64,000 nucleotides of DNA from Pseudomonadaceae bacterium (GCA_007692485.1 REBY01000044.1:1241-65240); one strand, 5' to 3'; numbered from the stretch's first letter, positions 8,798 to 22,649 are shown. Numbers and translations are program-made. Notes: generated by a model from the sequence alone, not told the origin.

Positions 8798-8931
8798 TGG
8801 GCGTCTGGTTAACAAAAACGGAATGCGAATCTATAGCATGGCGATAAACAAGCTGGCCGGGTATTCCAAATCAGTTTATCAAAGGCGGTAAATCGACTGG
8901 AAAATAGCCCAATTTCAACAATACTGAATAC

Positions 8932-9050
8932 ATCAGCCGACGCATTTCCCCCAAGTGTGTTGACTGACGAATCCGGCGTGCTGCGCTGGGTTCTGTAACA
9001 CTCCTAATGGTCTTGACCCGAATTCCTCCCCCAGAATTCGGGTTTTTTTT
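8932..9050 (+). ncRNA. rgsA: candidate small RNA at the RgsA (P16) position, about 118 nt
   Basis: An orphan plus-strand terminator (CCCGAATTC-ctccccca-GAATTCGGG followed by a U8 tract, 9017-9050) has no ORF upstream. CAATACT (8919-8925) resembles an RpoS-type -10 with C at -13. Location beside the tatD/ycfH homologue matches where I recall rgsA in Pseudomonas. The 5' end is a guess. Confidence 0.5.
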
Positions 9051-9065
9051 GCGCGCCTGAAAAGG

Positions 9066-9845
9066 CTATCTGGCGGCCAGCGGAAACAGGCGATGGAAGT
9101 TGTCAGTGGTGCTTTGATGTAAATGATCCAGAGACTCACCGCGCAGCTCGGCAAGGAAGCTGGCAACTTCATACACAAACTGCGGCTCATTCGGCTTGCC
9201 ACGGTGCGGTACCGGTGCCAGATAGGGGGAGTCAGTCTCTACCAGCAGGCGGTCAGCCGGCACCTGCTTGGCGACTTCACGCAGTTCGCTGGCATTACGG
9301 AAGGTGACAATACCTGAAAGTGATATGTAATAGCCGAGATCCAGCGCCTGCCGGGCCATGTCCCAGTCTTCGGTAAAGCAGTGCAGCACCCCCGCGTTGG
9401 CCAGGTCCGCCTCACGTAGCATACGCAGCGTGTCTTCCTTGGCGCTGCGGGTATGAATGATCACCGGTTTGCCACTTTGGTCGGCAGCCTGCAAGTGTGT
9501 CGCAAAAGAGGCTTGCTGGGGGTCAGCATGCTCCGGATGGTAATAGTAATCCAGCCCGGTCTCGCCAATGGCTACCACCCGCGGATGATCGATGGCCTGC
9601 AACAACCAGTCAAGACTGGCTTGCCCGTTATTGGCCAGGTCCAGCGGGTGGATGCCGACGCTGCAATAGACATCAGCATATTGCTCGGCAAGCCCTTTGA
9701 CCACTGGGGCATTGGCGGCATCAACGCCAATACAGAGAAACTTACCGATACCCCGTGCGCGTGCCGCATCCAGCGCCGCGTCCAGCGAACCTTGGTGGGC
9801 GCCCAAATCCAAACGATCAAGGTGACAATGGGAGTCAATCAGCAT
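9066..9845 (-). CDS. TatD-family metal-dependent hydrolase (YcfH-like)
   Basis: MLIDSHCHLD start motif and conserved HTR/ETD residues. Follows holB-pilZ as in Pseudomonas. The ATG at 9845 is preferred over the ORF-track start at 9878. Confidence 0.9.
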   Translation of the reverse strand: MLIDSHCHLDRLDLGAHQGSLDAALDAARARGIGKFLCIGVDAANAPVVKGLAEQYADVYCSVGIHPLDLANNGQASLDWLLQAIDHPRVVAIGETGLDYYYHPEHADPQQASFATHLQAADQSGKPVIIHTRSAKEDTLRMLREADLANAGVLHCFTEDWDMARQALDLGYYISLSGIVTFRNASELREVAKQVPADRLLVETDSPYLAPVPHRGKPNEPQFVYEVASFLAELRGESLDHLHQSTTDNFHRLFPLAAR

Positions 9846-9925
9846 AAAAACACTCTCGCAGGGAAATCGAAGCCTCAAACCTCAAGCGCAATGCGCCTTG
9901 TTTTCAGCTTGTAGCTGTAACGAAG

Positions 9926-10282
9926 TTACATGGTATGCGTGGGGCGATCCGATTTCAGCGCACCGGCGAGGTAGGTTTCAATCTTGCTACGCGCGGTATT
10001 GTCCTGGTCACTGAACTGGACGCCAATACCTGCCGCCCGGTTACCCTGAGCGCCGCGCGGGGTTATCCAGATCACCTTGCCGGCGACCGGAATTTTTTCC
10101 ACCTCATCCATCAGGTTGAGCAGCATGAACACTTCATCACCTGGGCGGTATTGCTTGTTGGTCGGAATAAACAGCCCACCATGCTTCACAAAGGGCATGT
10201 AGGCTGCATAGAGAACCGACTTGTCCTTGATGGTCAGCGACAGGATGCCATTACGCGGACCTGGGGCAGCTGGGTTGTTCAT
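9926..10282 (-). CDS. pilZ: type IV pilus assembly protein PilZ
   Basis: 118 aa PilZ-domain protein in the canonical position downstream of holB. Confidence 0.85.
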   Translation of the reverse strand: MNNPAAPGPRNGILSLTIKDKSVLYAAYMPFVKHGGLFIPTNKQYRPGDEVFMLLNLMDEVEKIPVAGKVIWITPRGAQGNRAAGIGVQFSDQDNTARSKIETYLAGALKSDRPTHTM

Positions 10283-10350
10283 TGTCGATCGTTCCCGCTT
10301 CGATGAGTGATTACTCTAAGATAATACAGTAAATCCTTGTACTGCCTAGA

Positions 10351-13037
<2,687 letters not shown>

Positions 13038-13041
<4 letters not shown>

Positions 13042-13868
13042 AACATAACCTGTTGCGCCAAGGCTTGTGCCTGACGAGTGTAGGGGCCAATAGACCACTG
13101 ATGATTGCCCAAACCGATAACCGGCCAGACACCGAAAACACTATTGCAGCAAAAGACCTCACGACTGGCCAGCAGTTCAGCCTGGGTGACCGGCCGCACA
13201 CTGACAGACTGGCCCGCTGCTGCCAGTTGCATACACAGATAATCGCGCATTACGCCTTGTACACCGCATTGGTCCAAAGCCGGAGTCACCCACTCACCCT
13301 CAAGACGCAGAAACAGATTGCTGACGGTGCACTCCACCGGCTCGCCCTGCTGATTACAGACCAAGCCTTCGGCAAAGGCTGGATCATTCCACTCGGCCCG
13401 CGCCAGCACCTGCTCCAATCGATTGAGATGTTTGAGGCCGGCCAATAAAGGTTGCTGCCCCAGCCGCGTCGCACACGGATACAAGCGAATTCCCTGCTCG
13501 GCGTGGCTGGCTGGATAGGCCGGCAAGGCCGCTACTTGCACAATCCGCCGGGGCTGTTGTGGCTGCGGTAAGGCATAGCCGCGCTGACCATCACCCCGGG
13601 TAAGGATCAGCTTGAGGATACCACTACCCAGTTGCACAGCAAGCCGCGCCAGTTCTTCTGCCAATTGCGCCGCATCGTACTCAATACCCAGGCGGGCTGC
13701 GCCTCGGTGCAGGCGCGCCAAATGCTGCTCCAGCAAGGGGATAAAGCCGTTAGCCACACGCAAGGTTTCAAACAGCCCGTCGCCGTAGGCCAAGCCGCGA
13801 TCACGCACACTGAGCTGCGTCTGCGGCTGGCCATCGATCAAGGTAAAACCCGGGCTCAGCTCGGCCAT
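13038..13868 (-). CDS. pabC: aminodeoxychorismate lyase
   Basis: Class IV aminotransferase fold (GLAYGDGLFETLRV ... ECTVSNLF) in the conserved fabF-pabC-mltG order. Confidence 0.85.
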
Positions 13869-13876
13869 GATGCTCC

Positions 13877-15115
13877 TCAGAGGCGACGGAAAACCAGGCT
13901 ACCGTTGGTGCCACCAAACCCAAAGGAGTTGGACACGACCACATCCAACTTGCGCTCTTGAGCCTGATGCGCCACATAGTTGAGATCGCAGCCATCATCT
14001 GGATCGTCCAGGTTGATCGTCGGTGGCGCCACCTGGTCACGCAGCGCCAGTACACTGAAAATCGCCTCTACCGAGCCAGCCGCACCGAGCAAATGACCCA
14101 CCATGGATTTGGTTGAACTGATTGCCAACTCGCCTGCATGGGCACCAAACACCGTTTTCACCGCCTGAGTTTCAGCAATATCACCGGCTGACGTCGATGT
14201 GCCGTGCGCATTGATATAGCCGACCTCATCCGGATTTACCCCGGCATCCCTGAGCGCGTTGGCCATACACTTGGCGCCGCCACGACCATCTTCCGGCGGT
14301 GCCGTCATATGATAGGCATCACCGCTCATACCAAAACCGATGACTTCAGCGTAAATAGTGGCACCACGCGCTTTCGCCTGTTCGTACTCTTCCAGTACCA
14401 TGGCGCCAGAACCATCGGAAAGCACAAAGCCGTCGCGACCACGGTCCCAGGGGCGACTCGCTGCCTGCGGGTCATCATTGCGAGTGGACAGTGCCCGTGC
14501 TGCACTGAAGCCACCCAGACCAAGACCTGTGGTGGCCATTTCCGAACCGCCGGTGACCATCACATCCGCTTCACCATAGGCAATATTGCGGGCTGCCATA
14601 CCGATGCTGTGCGTGCCCGTGGTACAGGCCGTGGTGATCGCATAATTGGGGCCTTGCAGACCATATTTGATCGACAGGTAACCCGCCACCATATTGATGA
14701 TCGAGCCCGGTACGAAGAAGGGAGAGATTCTCCGCGGCCCACTATTCAACAGTACTTCAACGTTTTTTTCGATATTGGTCAGCCCGCCGATCCCGGAGCC
14801 CATGGACACCCCGATGCGATCCCGGTTGGCATCAGTAATCTCCAGCCCGGAGTCAGTCAGCGCCTGAACACAAGCCGCAATGCCGTATTGAATGAACAGA
14901 TCCAGCTTGCGAGCCTCTTTTGGCTCCATATAGGGCGTGATATCGAAATTACGCACTGAGCCGCCAAAACGAGTACCAAAGGCGCTGACATCCATATGCT
15001 CGATGGTAGCGATGCCGCTTTTACCTGCCACCACACCCTGCCAGGTCTGTTCCACGTTGTTGCCCAGAGAGGTCAACATGCCCAAACCGGTTACCACGAC
15101 GCGTCTACGCGACAC
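13877..15115 (-). CDS. fabF: 3-oxoacyl-ACP synthase II
   Basis: [11 protein letters not shown]-terminus, active-site [13 protein letters not shown] and C-terminal [12 protein letters not shown]. The GTG at 15115 is preceded by GGAG. The ORF-track start at 15178 adds an implausible Cys/Ser-rich extension. Confidence 0.95.
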   Translation of the reverse strand: MSRRRVVVTGLGMLTSLGNNVEQTWQGVVAGKSGIATIEHMDVSAFGTRFGGSVRNFDITPYMEPKEARKLDLFIQYGIAACVQALTDSGLEITDANRDRIGVSMGSGIGGLTNIEKNVEVLLNSGPRRISPFFVPGSIINMVAGYLSIKYGLQGPNYAITTACTTGTHSIGMAARNIAYGEADVMVTGGSEMATTGLGLGGFSAARALSTRNDDPQAASRPWDRGRDGFVLSDGSGAMVLEEYEQAKARGATIYAEVIGFGMSGDAYHMTAPPEDGRGGAKCMANALRDAGVNPDEVGYINAHGTSTSAGDIAETQAVKTVFGAHAGELAISSTKSMVGHLLGAAGSVEAIFSVLALRDQVAPPTINLDDPDDGCDLNYVAHQAQERKLDVVVSNSFGFGGTNGSLVFRRL

Positions 15116-15278
15116 AGCGAACTCCTTATTATCTGTTCTTGACCTGCACCCGTTGCGTAGCGAACTGCTGACGCACACAGCGAATCACCAAGTGCCGAAA
15201 ATCGACTTATTGTCCGGATAAACCGGGCTCACGGCAACCTTCACGTGCCGACAACTGATTTAGCTGCCGTCTAATAGC

Positions 15279-15311
15279 AAAAAGCCGCAGCACCCTGACG
15301 GGTACTGCGGC
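15279..15311 (-). terminator. intrinsic (probably partial) terminator after acpP
   Basis: The minus strand reads GCCGCAGTACCC-gtca-GGGTGCTGCGGC followed by TTTTT. Confidence 0.7.
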
Positions 15312-15339
15312 CTTGGCAACCTTTCAGTTGACTGCGTGA

Positions 15340-15576
15340 TTACTTCTGGTGAGCGTTCACGTAGTCAATAGCTTCCTGAACGGTAGTGATCTTCTCGGCA
15401 TCTTCATCCGGAATTTCGGTCTCGAACTCTTCTTCGAGCGCCATGACCAGCTCCACGGTGTCCAGGGAGTCAGCGCCAAGATCTTCAACAAAAGAAGCAC
15501 TGTTGGTTACTTCTTCCTCTTTGACGCCGAGTTGTTCGGCTACGATTTTCTTGACGCGTTCTTCAATGGTGCTCAT
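15340..15576 (-). CDS. acpP: acyl carrier protein
   Basis: 78 aa with the [19 protein letters not shown] phosphopantetheine-site motif. Confidence 0.98.
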   Translation of the reverse strand: MSTIEERVKKIVAEQLGVKEEEVTNSASFVEDLGADSLDTVELVMALEEEFETEIPDEDAEKITTVQEAIDYVNAHQK

Positions 15577-15760
15577 ACCTTGTTCTCACTCCTGTTTGCA
15601 GTGCCGAAATGCCGGACTGCACGTAGTTTATAGAAACAATTTGCGACTTTTCAAGCGCGAATCACTTCTACCTGCAAATGGTTGGAGAAAGTCCGCTCCA
15701 ACCCGGTTGATTCTTGCTAGACGCAAAGGATGCCACGACAGTGGCTGCGTGACCAGCCAT

Positions 15761-16504
15761 TCAGCTCATAAACATGCCGCCATTGACCGGAATTGTCGCG
15801 CCAGTGATGTATCCAGCACTGTCATTGGCCAGAAAAGCCACGGTTGCGGCAATCTCTTCAGCCCCGCCCAGACGGCCAAGCGGAATCTGCTCCAGCATAG
15901 CCGAACGCTGAGTTTCACTCAGTTCACGGGTCATATCGGTATCGATAAAACCTGGTGCTACCGCATTCACAGTCACTGAGCGCGAGCCCACCTCGCGTGC
16001 CAGGGCACGGGTAAAGCCTTCCACACCGGCTTTGGCAGCAGCATAGTTGGCCTGACCGGCGTTACCCATACCACCCACAACAGAGCTGATATTGATAATG
16101 CGCCCCCAGCGGGCCTTGCTCATACCGCGTAGTACAGCTTTCGACAAGCGGTAAACCGAGGTCAGGTTAGTAGTGATGATATCTTCCCATTCCTCGTCTT
16201 TCATGCGCATCAACAGATTGTCGCGCGTAATGCCAGCATTGTTGACCAGAATAGCCGGCGCACCGTATTCCTTGTTGATGGTCTCCAGCACACCAGCGAT
16301 TGAATCAGCGTCACACACATTCAACTTCAATCCAGTACCGCTGTAGCCGGCATCAGCCAGTTTCTCACCAATGGCTGCTGCACCCTGGTCGCTGGTCGCC
16401 GTGCCAATGACAATGGCACCCTGCGCGGCCAACGCGTGCGCGATAGCCTGGCCAATGCCTCGACTGGCACCGGTAACCAATGCAACTTTTCCTTGCAAAC
16501 TCAT
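15761..16504 (-). CDS. fabG: 3-oxoacyl-ACP reductase
   Basis: SDR motifs GKVALVTGASRGIG and YAAAKAG. The ATG at 16504 lies 1 nt after the fabD stop. Confidence 0.95.
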   Translation of the reverse strand: MSLQGKVALVTGASRGIGQAIAHALAAQGAIVIGTATSDQGAAAIGEKLADAGYSGTGLKLNVCDADSIAGVLETINKEYGAPAILVNNAGITRDNLLMRMKDEEWEDIITTNLTSVYRLSKAVLRGMSKARWGRIINISSVVGGMGNAGQANYAAAKAGVEGFTRALAREVGSRSVTVNAVAPGFIDTDMTRELSETQRSAMLEQIPLGRLGGAEEIAATVAFLANDSAGYITGATIPVNGGMFMS

Positions 16505-16505
16505 A

Positions 16506-17453
16506 TCAAGCTCCTTGTTCAACTGCCGCCAACGCAGCGGCCAGACCGTCTACGCTGTCGATATTATGCGTAGCAACGCCCTTGGCGCAGCGCTTGTTCA
16601 AACCACTGAGCACCTTGCCCGGTCCACACTCAACCAGATCAGTGACACCCTGAGAAGCAATCCAGGCAATGGACTCTACCCAGCGCACCGGACTGTACAG
16701 CTGCTCAACCAACTGCTGACGCAAGCTCTCAAGGTTTGCTGGCGAAGCGGCACTGACATTCTGAACCAAGGTCATGCTCGGCTGTTGCCATTGCAACGCC
16801 GCCAAATCCTTGGCCAGTTCCTCTGCTGCCGGGCGCATCAGCGCACAGTGCGACGGCACACTAACTGGAAGAGGCATGGCGCGCTTGGCTCCGGCAGCCT
16901 TGCACGCATCCACGGCGCGTTGAACCGCAGCCGCCTGACCAGCAATCACGACTTGCCCGGGGGCGTTGAAGTTGACCGCACTGACGACCTCACCATTGGC
17001 AACCTGGGCGCAGATATCAATAATCTGCTGATCTTCCAGCCCCAGAATAGCAGCCATTCCGCCCTGACCTTCCGGCACGGATTGCTGCATCAACTGACCG
17101 CGGCGCTCTACCAGCCGCACGGCATCGGCAAAGCTGATCACCTCGGCAGCCACCAACGCCGAGTACTCGCCCAGGCTGTGACCAGCAACGAAGGCTGGGC
17201 GCACCTCAGTCCGTGTGCACCACAGCCGCCACAACGCCACTGAGGCAGTGAGAATGGCCGGCTGGGTTCTGTCGGTACGATTGAGGTCGGTATCCGGACC
17301 CTGCTGGCATAACTGCCACAGATCATAGCCCAGCACCTCAGAGGCTTCCGCAAAGGTCTGCTTGACCACTGCATGCTCCTCCGCCTGAGCCGCCAGCATA
17401 CCTACCGCCTGGGAGCCCTGACCGGGGAAAACGAAAGCAAGGGATTGTGTCAT
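16506..17453 (-). CDS. fabD: malonyl CoA-ACP transacylase
   Basis: FVFPGQGSQ and GHSLGEYSAL motifs. AAGAGGA lies before the ATG at 17453. Confidence 0.95.
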   Translation of the reverse strand: MTQSLAFVFPGQGSQAVGMLAAQAEEHAVVKQTFAEASEVLGYDLWQLCQQGPDTDLNRTDRTQPAILTASVALWRLWCTRTEVRPAFVAGHSLGEYSALVAAEVISFADAVRLVERRGQLMQQSVPEGQGGMAAILGLEDQQIIDICAQVANGEVVSAVNFNAPGQVVIAGQAAAVQRAVDACKAAGAKRAMPLPVSVPSHCALMRPAAEELAKDLAALQWQQPSMTLVQNVSAASPANLESLRQQLVEQLYSPVRWVESIAWIASQGVTDLVECGPGKVLSGLNKRCAKGVATHNIDSVDGLAAALAAVEQGA

Positions 17454-17534
17454 GCCACTGTCCTCTTTATTAGATTTTATCCTGGGCAACCTGTGTACCC
17501 TTTGCGTTGTTGGAAGCCCTGAAACCTGCCGGGG

Positions 17535-18548
17535 TCACAGCCCAGAACTGGCCAGACGCTCTGCGATGCGCTGCGGCAGGCCGCCTTGACTCGCCAGCCA
17601 GGCCCGCTCGATCGCTGCGGCGAAAGCCCGCTCATTGGCTGCGCCATGGCTTTTGACCACCACCCCCTGCAAGCCCAACAGGCTGGCGCCATTATGCAAG
17701 GCCGGATCATGACGCTCACGAACCGGGGCCAACATCCGACGCATAAGGGGCGCCAGCCAACGACTCAGTGGCTGCTGATCCAATGCCTGGCGCATTTCAT
17801 TTTGCAGGTAATCCGCTAAACCTTCGCTGGCCTTGAGCACCACATTGCCGACGAAACCGTCGCAGACCACGACATCCGCCTGATCGCGGAACAATCCGCC
17901 ACCTTCTACCGAACCGACATAATTGAGTTGCGGACAATGCTGCAGCCGCTCAGCGACTTCACGCACCCGCTGACTACCCTTGTGCAGCTCGGTACCTATA
18001 TTCAGCAGACCAACACGGGGCGCGACGATACCGGTCAACTCACTGACCGCCACCGAACCCATGACCGCAAAGGAGAATAACTGGTCCGCCGTACAGTCGA
18101 CATTAGCACCCAGATCAAGCAAGTAGCAGGCCTTGCCAGCCACCGGCAAGGCTGCCATAAAAGCCGGCCGATCAACACCCGGCAAGGTACCCAGTATGGA
18201 ACGCGCCAAAACCATTAAGGCACCGGTATTACCAGCGCTCAAACAGCCAGCTGCGCTGCCATCACACACCAGTTCGATAGCCACGCGCATGGACGCATCG
18301 GTCTTTCGACGCAAGACACTGGCAGGCGAATCATCAGCGAGAATAACTTCAGAGGTATAACGAAAACTGACACGATCGCTGGCTAGTGGGCATTCAGCCA
18401 AAGCGTCTTTCAGGGCGGCCTGATCACCCACCAGTATCACATTCAACTGGGGCAACTTGACCAAACTGCGGGCAACAGCGGGGACGATGCAGCGGGGACC
18501 GAAGTCCCCGCCCATCACATCAATCGCGAGGCGGATTGACGGGGACAA
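17535..18548 (-). CDS. plsX: phosphate acyltransferase PlsX
   Basis: IAIDVMGGDFGP N-terminus. Apparent TTG start 3 nt after the rpmF stop. Confidence 0.9.
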   Translation of the reverse strand: MSPSIRLAIDVMGGDFGPRCIVPAVARSLVKLPQLNVILVGDQAALKDALAECPLASDRVSFRYTSEVILADDSPASVLRRKTDASMRVAIELVCDGSAAGCLSAGNTGALMVLARSILGTLPGVDRPAFMAALPVAGKACYLLDLGANVDCTADQLFSFAVMGSVAVSELTGIVAPRVGLLNIGTELHKGSQRVREVAERLQHCPQLNYVGSVEGGGLFRDQADVVVCDGFVGNVVLKASEGLADYLQNEMRQALDQQPLSRWLAPLMRRMLAPVRERHDPALHNGASLLGLQGVVVKSHGAANERAFAAAIERAWLASQGGLPQRIAERLASSGL

Positions 18549-18551
18549 GAC

Positions 18552-18734
18552 TTATTCGTCGTTGTCCTTGTTAACTACCTGGCGACCACGATAGAAACCG
18601 TCCGGAGACACGTGGTGACGCAGGTGGGTTTCACCGGTGGTGGCGTCCACCGACAGGGCCGGTGAAGTCAATGCATCGTGCGAACGACGCATGCCACGTG
18701 CGGAACGGGACTTTTTGTTCTGCTGTACAGCCAT
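18552..18734 (-). CDS. rpmF: 50S ribosomal protein L32
   Basis: [22 protein letters not shown], 60 aa. Confidence 0.97.
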   Translation of the reverse strand: MAVQQNKKSRSARGMRRSHDALTSPALSVDATTGETHLRHHVSPDGFYRGRQVVNKDNDE

Positions 18735-18753
18735 GACGTTAAGCTCCTGAGCT

Positions 18754-19275
18754 TTAGGTATCGCGTTTCAACTTGGCCAGCACACTGAAGGGATTGGGGC
18801 GTTCTGCCGCCTCCTCTTCAGGCTCCTCATCCGGCTCGAAGCCGTCGGGGTGCTGACATTTATCCAACGGATGCATGGGTACTGCTGGCAAAGCCAACAG
18901 CAGCTCTTCTTCAATAAGTGACAGAAGATTGAGCTTTTCATCATCCACAATGACCGGTTCATAATGCCGTGGCAGCTGTTTGGCTGCCTCGTCACTGACC
19001 ACAAATCCGACTTCACAACGGCTGTCCAATGGCAGGGTAACCCCTTCCAGACAACGCTGACAGGTCATTTCCACTATTGCTTGATAATGCCCATGCAAAG
19101 TGGTCAGGCCCTGTTCATCACGCGCAAAGTTCAACTCGACGATCACCTCGTCAGTCACTGCATTAACAGCAGCCAGTAGACGCGGCAAACGATCGGCGCT
19201 GATTGACCCCTGCAGGGCGACGCCGCGATCCGCCAGCCGGCGCGGATCAATGAATTCAGGTATGGGTCCAGACAT
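18754..19275 (-). CDS. yceD: YceD-family (DUF177) 23S rRNA accumulation protein
   Basis: Conserved position upstream of rpmF, CQRCL ... Cys pairs and an acidic C-terminus. Confidence 0.85.
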   Translation of the reverse strand: MSGPIPEFIDPRRLADRGVALQGSISADRLPRLLAAVNAVTDEVIVELNFARDEQGLTTLHGHYQAIVEMTCQRCLEGVTLPLDSRCEVGFVVSDEAAKQLPRHYEPVIVDDEKLNLLSLIEEELLLALPAVPMHPLDKCQHPDGFEPDEEPEEEAAERPNPFSVLAKLKRDT

Positions 19276-19387
19276 AAGCGCGCAATTCTAGGGAGCAGCG
19301 CGCCTGCTGTCAAAGCTATTTGCTGCCAAAGGTCAGATTTTTCACGTTAAACTGGCGCTCTGCCCAGCAAAAAACGGAGTTACCTGC

Positions 19388-19966
19388 ATGCCCGCCCTGC
19401 TTCTGGCTTCAAGCTCACCCTATCGCCGCGAACTGCTGGCCCGCCTGGGGCTGCCCTTTGACTGTGCCAGCCCGCAGATTGACGAAAGCCCGCTACCCGG
19501 TGAAAGTGCCGAAGCGCTGTGCCAGCGACTCGCCGAGAGCAAGGCCAGGGCATTGGCTGACGACTATCCAGACCATCTGATCATCGGCTCCGACCAGGTA
19601 CTCTTACTGGATGGCGAACCCGTTAGCAAACCTGGCGCGCACAGCGCCGCTGCGGCCCAGCTCAGGCGCTGCAGCGGGCAACGCATCCGTTTTTCCACTG
19701 CCATATGCCTGTTTAACAGCAAGACCAAGCGGCTGCAAACTGCCATCGAGCCTTTTGAGGTGATTTTTCGCCAACTTGATGATGCCGCCATCGAGCGTTA
19801 TCTACGTGCCGAACAACCCTATGATTGTGCTGGCAGCTTCAAGTCCGAAGGGCTTGGTATTAGCCTCTTTGCAGCCCTGCAAGGAGATGACCCAAACAGC
19901 CTGATCGGCTTACCGCTGATCAGGCTGTGCAACATGCTGCGCGCTGAAGGCATTCAGGTACCCTGA
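19388..19966 (+). CDS. Maf-like nucleoside triphosphate pyrophosphatase (YceF type)
   Basis: LLLASSSPYRRELL N-terminus, GSDQV, and AGSFKSEGLGI. Confidence 0.9.
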   Translation: MPALLLASSSPYRRELLARLGLPFDCASPQIDESPLPGESAEALCQRLAESKARALADDYPDHLIIGSDQVLLLDGEPVSKPGAHSAAAAQLRRCSGQRIRFSTAICLFNSKTKRLQTAIEPFEVIFRQLDDAAIERYLRAEQPYDCAGSFKSEGLGISLFAALQGDDPNSLIGLPLIRLCNMLRAEGIQVP

Positions 19967-19978
19967 CGACTGAAGCGA

Positions 19979-20980
19979 TCAGCGGATAACTGGACCACTC
20001 AAACCCAGATGCGTTGCCAGTGTATTGCCCACTGTGGTCCCCAGCTGGCGGGTAAAGCGCTCAAAGGGTGATTCGCGGTAAGTGAAGTCCCTGGTTTCTT
20101 CCACGCCGATCACATCACGCGCGACCATCGAGGTGCTGCCAAGGCCATCAATCAAACCCAACTCCAGCGCCTGCTCGCCATTCCAGATCAGCCCGGTAAA
20201 CAGGTCATCGTTATCCGCTAGCCGGTCACCACGCCCTTCTTTTACCCGGTCAATAAATTGCTGGTGAGTCGTATCCAACACGCTTTTCCAGAACTGGCGC
20301 TCATCCTCCCGTTCGGGCTGGAAGGGGTCAAGAAAGGCTTTATGTTCGCCGGCGGTATACGTCCGGCGCTCGATACCCAGTTTGTCCAGCGTGCCGACAA
20401 AACCAAAGCCGGCCGCCGTAACCCCGATAGATCCCACCAGACTGGAGCGATCAGCATAAATTTCGTCAGCCGCAGCCGCAATATAATAGGCGCCTGACGC
20501 ACCCAGATCAGTGATCACGGCATACAAGGGGGTACCGGGATGTTTGGCACGCAAACGCCGAATCTCATCATAGATATAACCCGACTGCACCGGGCTACCG
20601 CCCGGGCTATTGATACGCATGACGATGCCACGGGTGTTTTCATCCTCGAAGGCCCGACGCAGGCTGGTCACCAAGTTGTCGGCACTGGCTTGCTGCTGAT
20701 CAGCAATAAGGCCACGCACTTCAATCACTGCCGTATGCGATCCAGTTGTTCGCTTGGATGAATCCATTCCACCCAAAGGTGAAAACAGCATCACGGCAAT
20801 AAACAGATAGAGAAAGGTCAGGCTTTTGAAAAATATCCCCCAGCGCCGGGCACGGCGCTGTTCTTGCAAAGAGGCTTGCAAGGTATTTTCCAGCAACTTC
20901 CAGGCTTTCGCATCTTCCTTGCTGGCCTGCGCTTGCTGCGCGCTGACCATTTCACCTTGTGTCCACCGATCTGATGACAT
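19979..20980 (-). CDS. sppA: S49-family signal peptide peptidase (SppA 36K type)
   Basis: N-terminal TM, RINSPGGS, and GASGAYYIAAAAD motifs. Confidence 0.85.
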   Translation of the reverse strand: MSSDRWTQGEMVSAQQAQASKEDAKAWKLLENTLQASLQEQRRARRWGIFFKSLTFLYLFIAVMLFSPLGGMDSSKRTTGSHTAVIEVRGLIADQQQASADNLVTSLRRAFEDENTRGIVMRINSPGGSPVQSGYIYDEIRRLRAKHPGTPLYAVITDLGASGAYYIAAAADEIYADRSSLVGSIGVTAAGFGFVGTLDKLGIERRTYTAGEHKAFLDPFQPEREDERQFWKSVLDTTHQQFIDRVKEGRGDRLADNDDLFTGLIWNGEQALELGLIDGLGSTSMVARDVIGVEETRDFTYRESPFERFTRQLGTTVGNTLATHLGLSGPVIR

Positions 20981-20989
20981 GCGTGCTCC

Positions 20990-21667
20990 TTAAACACTGG
21001 CACCCTGAGCCTGCTCACGCATAACCCAATGGTGGAAATCACTGAAGGCATCCAGGCACCGCTCCGGCCGACAGGCCAGCAGCTGCTCTCGACTCATCGC
21101 CCCGTAACTGACAGCAACCGGGCGTACGCCCGCATTATGGGCCATTTGCACATCAAACACACTGTCACCCAGCATGATGGCGCGCTCTGCCAGGGTATCC
21201 AATTGATACAGGATTTGAGCAAGCATCAACGGATCCGGCTTGCTCGCGGTCTCATCGGCGCAGCGGGTAGCATCAAAAAAGCCTGCCAGGCCGTGCTTGT
21301 CCAGCACTCGCGCCAAACCCCTGCGCTTTTTACCGGTAGCTACCGCCAGCTTGAAGCCAGCCTGGCGATAGGTATCCAGCGCATCACGTACACCGTCAAA
21401 CAAGGGCGACGGCACTTCTTCCAACTTAAGATAATGCTGGCCATACGTATCACCCAACTGGTCGGCCAAGCGGGGATCATCCAAACCCGGATACAGCACC
21501 TCAATTGCCTCAGGCAAGCCTAGCCCGATAATGCCGCGTACGGCTTCGTCGGAAACGACCTGCAAACCGAGGTCATCCGCTGCCCGCTGCATGGACAGGA
21601 CAATTTTTTCTATTGAATTGGCTAGCGTACCGTCCCAATCGAAAATCAAGGTTTGTAGCTCAGCCAT
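20990..21667 (-). CDS. HAD-IA hydrolase (phosphoglycolate phosphatase-like)
   Basis: FDWDGTL motif I, a GKKR segment that may represent the motif III lysine, and GDSVFD. The ATG at 21667 overlaps the rluC stop (ATGGCTGA). Confidence 0.85.
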   Translation of the reverse strand: MAELQTLIFDWDGTLANSIEKIVLSMQRAADDLGLQVVSDEAVRGIIGLGLPEAIEVLYPGLDDPRLADQLGDTYGQHYLKLEEVPSPLFDGVRDALDTYRQAGFKLAVATGKKRRGLARVLDKHGLAGFFDATRCADETASKPDPLMLAQILYQLDTLAERAIMLGDSVFDVQMAHNAGVRPVAVSYGAMSREQLLACRPERCLDAFSDFHHWVMREQAQGASV

Positions 21668-22622
21668 CCGCCAGCCTCCGCAGTGTCGCATCCCACTGAC
21701 GACCCGGCTCAGCGCTCAGCTCTAGCCGCTGACCATCGGGCAGCTCGACCGCCAGCGAGGCTGCGTGCAAAAACAGCCGCTTGCCGCCCAACTCGCGAAT
21801 ACGCTGGGAAAACTCATCGTCACCGTACTTGGGGTCACCGGCAATCGGATGCCCGGCATGCTTGGCATGCACACGAATCTGGTGAGTACGGCCAGTAATC
21901 GGCCGTGCCTCGACCAGCGTCGCCAGGTCACCAAAACGCTGCAATACGGAAAACTCGGTCAAGGAGGCCTTGCCTTCCGTATTGACTTCGACCATGCGCT
22001 CACCCGAGCGCAGATTATTTTTTTGCAGCGGCGCTTGCACTCGCTTGGTACCGGCCGGCCAACGGCCGCGCACCAGAGCCAGGTAACGCTTGTCGACGCC
22101 ACCTTCTGCACGCAGGGCAGCATGCAGGTGACGCAACATGCTGCGCCGCTTGGCAATCATCAAACAGCCCGAGGTGTCACGATCCAACCGGTGCACCAAC
22201 TCCAGCTGCTGACAGTCCGGGCGCAGTTGTCGCATGGCTTCAATCACACCGAAATGCAGTCCACTGCCACCATGTACCGCCAGCCCGGCAGGCTTATTGA
22301 CCACGATCAACGCTTTGTCTTCATGGATAATTGCATTTTCCAGCGCGGTCAGAATGCCCTGCCCGACCAGCACGGGCTCATCCGCCTCGGGTAAGCGTAC
22401 TGGCGGAATGCGCAACAGATCACCTGCCTGTAACTTGTAATCAGGCTTGATTCGGCCTTTGTTGATGCGCACCTCGCCCTTGCGCAAAATCCGGTAGATC
22501 AGCGTTTTCGGTGCACCTTTGAGTCGGGTGATCAAAAAATTGTCGATACGCTGCCCGGCCTGCTCTGCCGAGATGGTTTCGAACTGCACCTGGGCAGGAG
22601 AATTACTGGCTGTTTCTTTCAT
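21660..22622 (-). CDS. rluC: 23S rRNA pseudouridine synthase RluC
   Basis: S4 domain (AGQRIDNFL ... RKGEVRINK) and catalytic HRLDRDTSG. The ATG at 22622 (MKETASN...) aligns with the E. coli RluC N-terminus as I recall it. Confidence 0.9.
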   Translation of the reverse strand: MKETASNSPAQVQFETISAEQAGQRIDNFLITRLKGAPKTLIYRILRKGEVRINKGRIKPDYKLQAGDLLRIPPVRLPEADEPVLVGQGILTALENAIIHEDKALIVVNKPAGLAVHGGSGLHFGVIEAMRQLRPDCQQLELVHRLDRDTSGCLMIAKRRSMLRHLHAALRAEGGVDKRYLALVRGRWPAGTKRVQAPLQKNNLRSGERMVEVNTEGKASLTEFSVLQRFGDLATLVEARPITGRTHQIRVHAKHAGHPIAGDPKYGDDEFSQRIRELGGKRLFLHAASLAVELPDGQRLELSAEPGRQWDATLRRLADG

Positions 22623-22649
22623 TTGCGCATGATACATTTTTTCATCTAA

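Noticed and set aside
8805-8860. A-rich CA motifs (AACAAAAAC, ATAAACAAG, later CAACAATAC) reminiscent of Crc/Hfq-binding sites of CrcZ-type sRNAs.
   Set aside because: There are only three loose motifs, no sigma54 promoter, and no cbrB context. The region is better explained as the upstream part of the RgsA-like locus.
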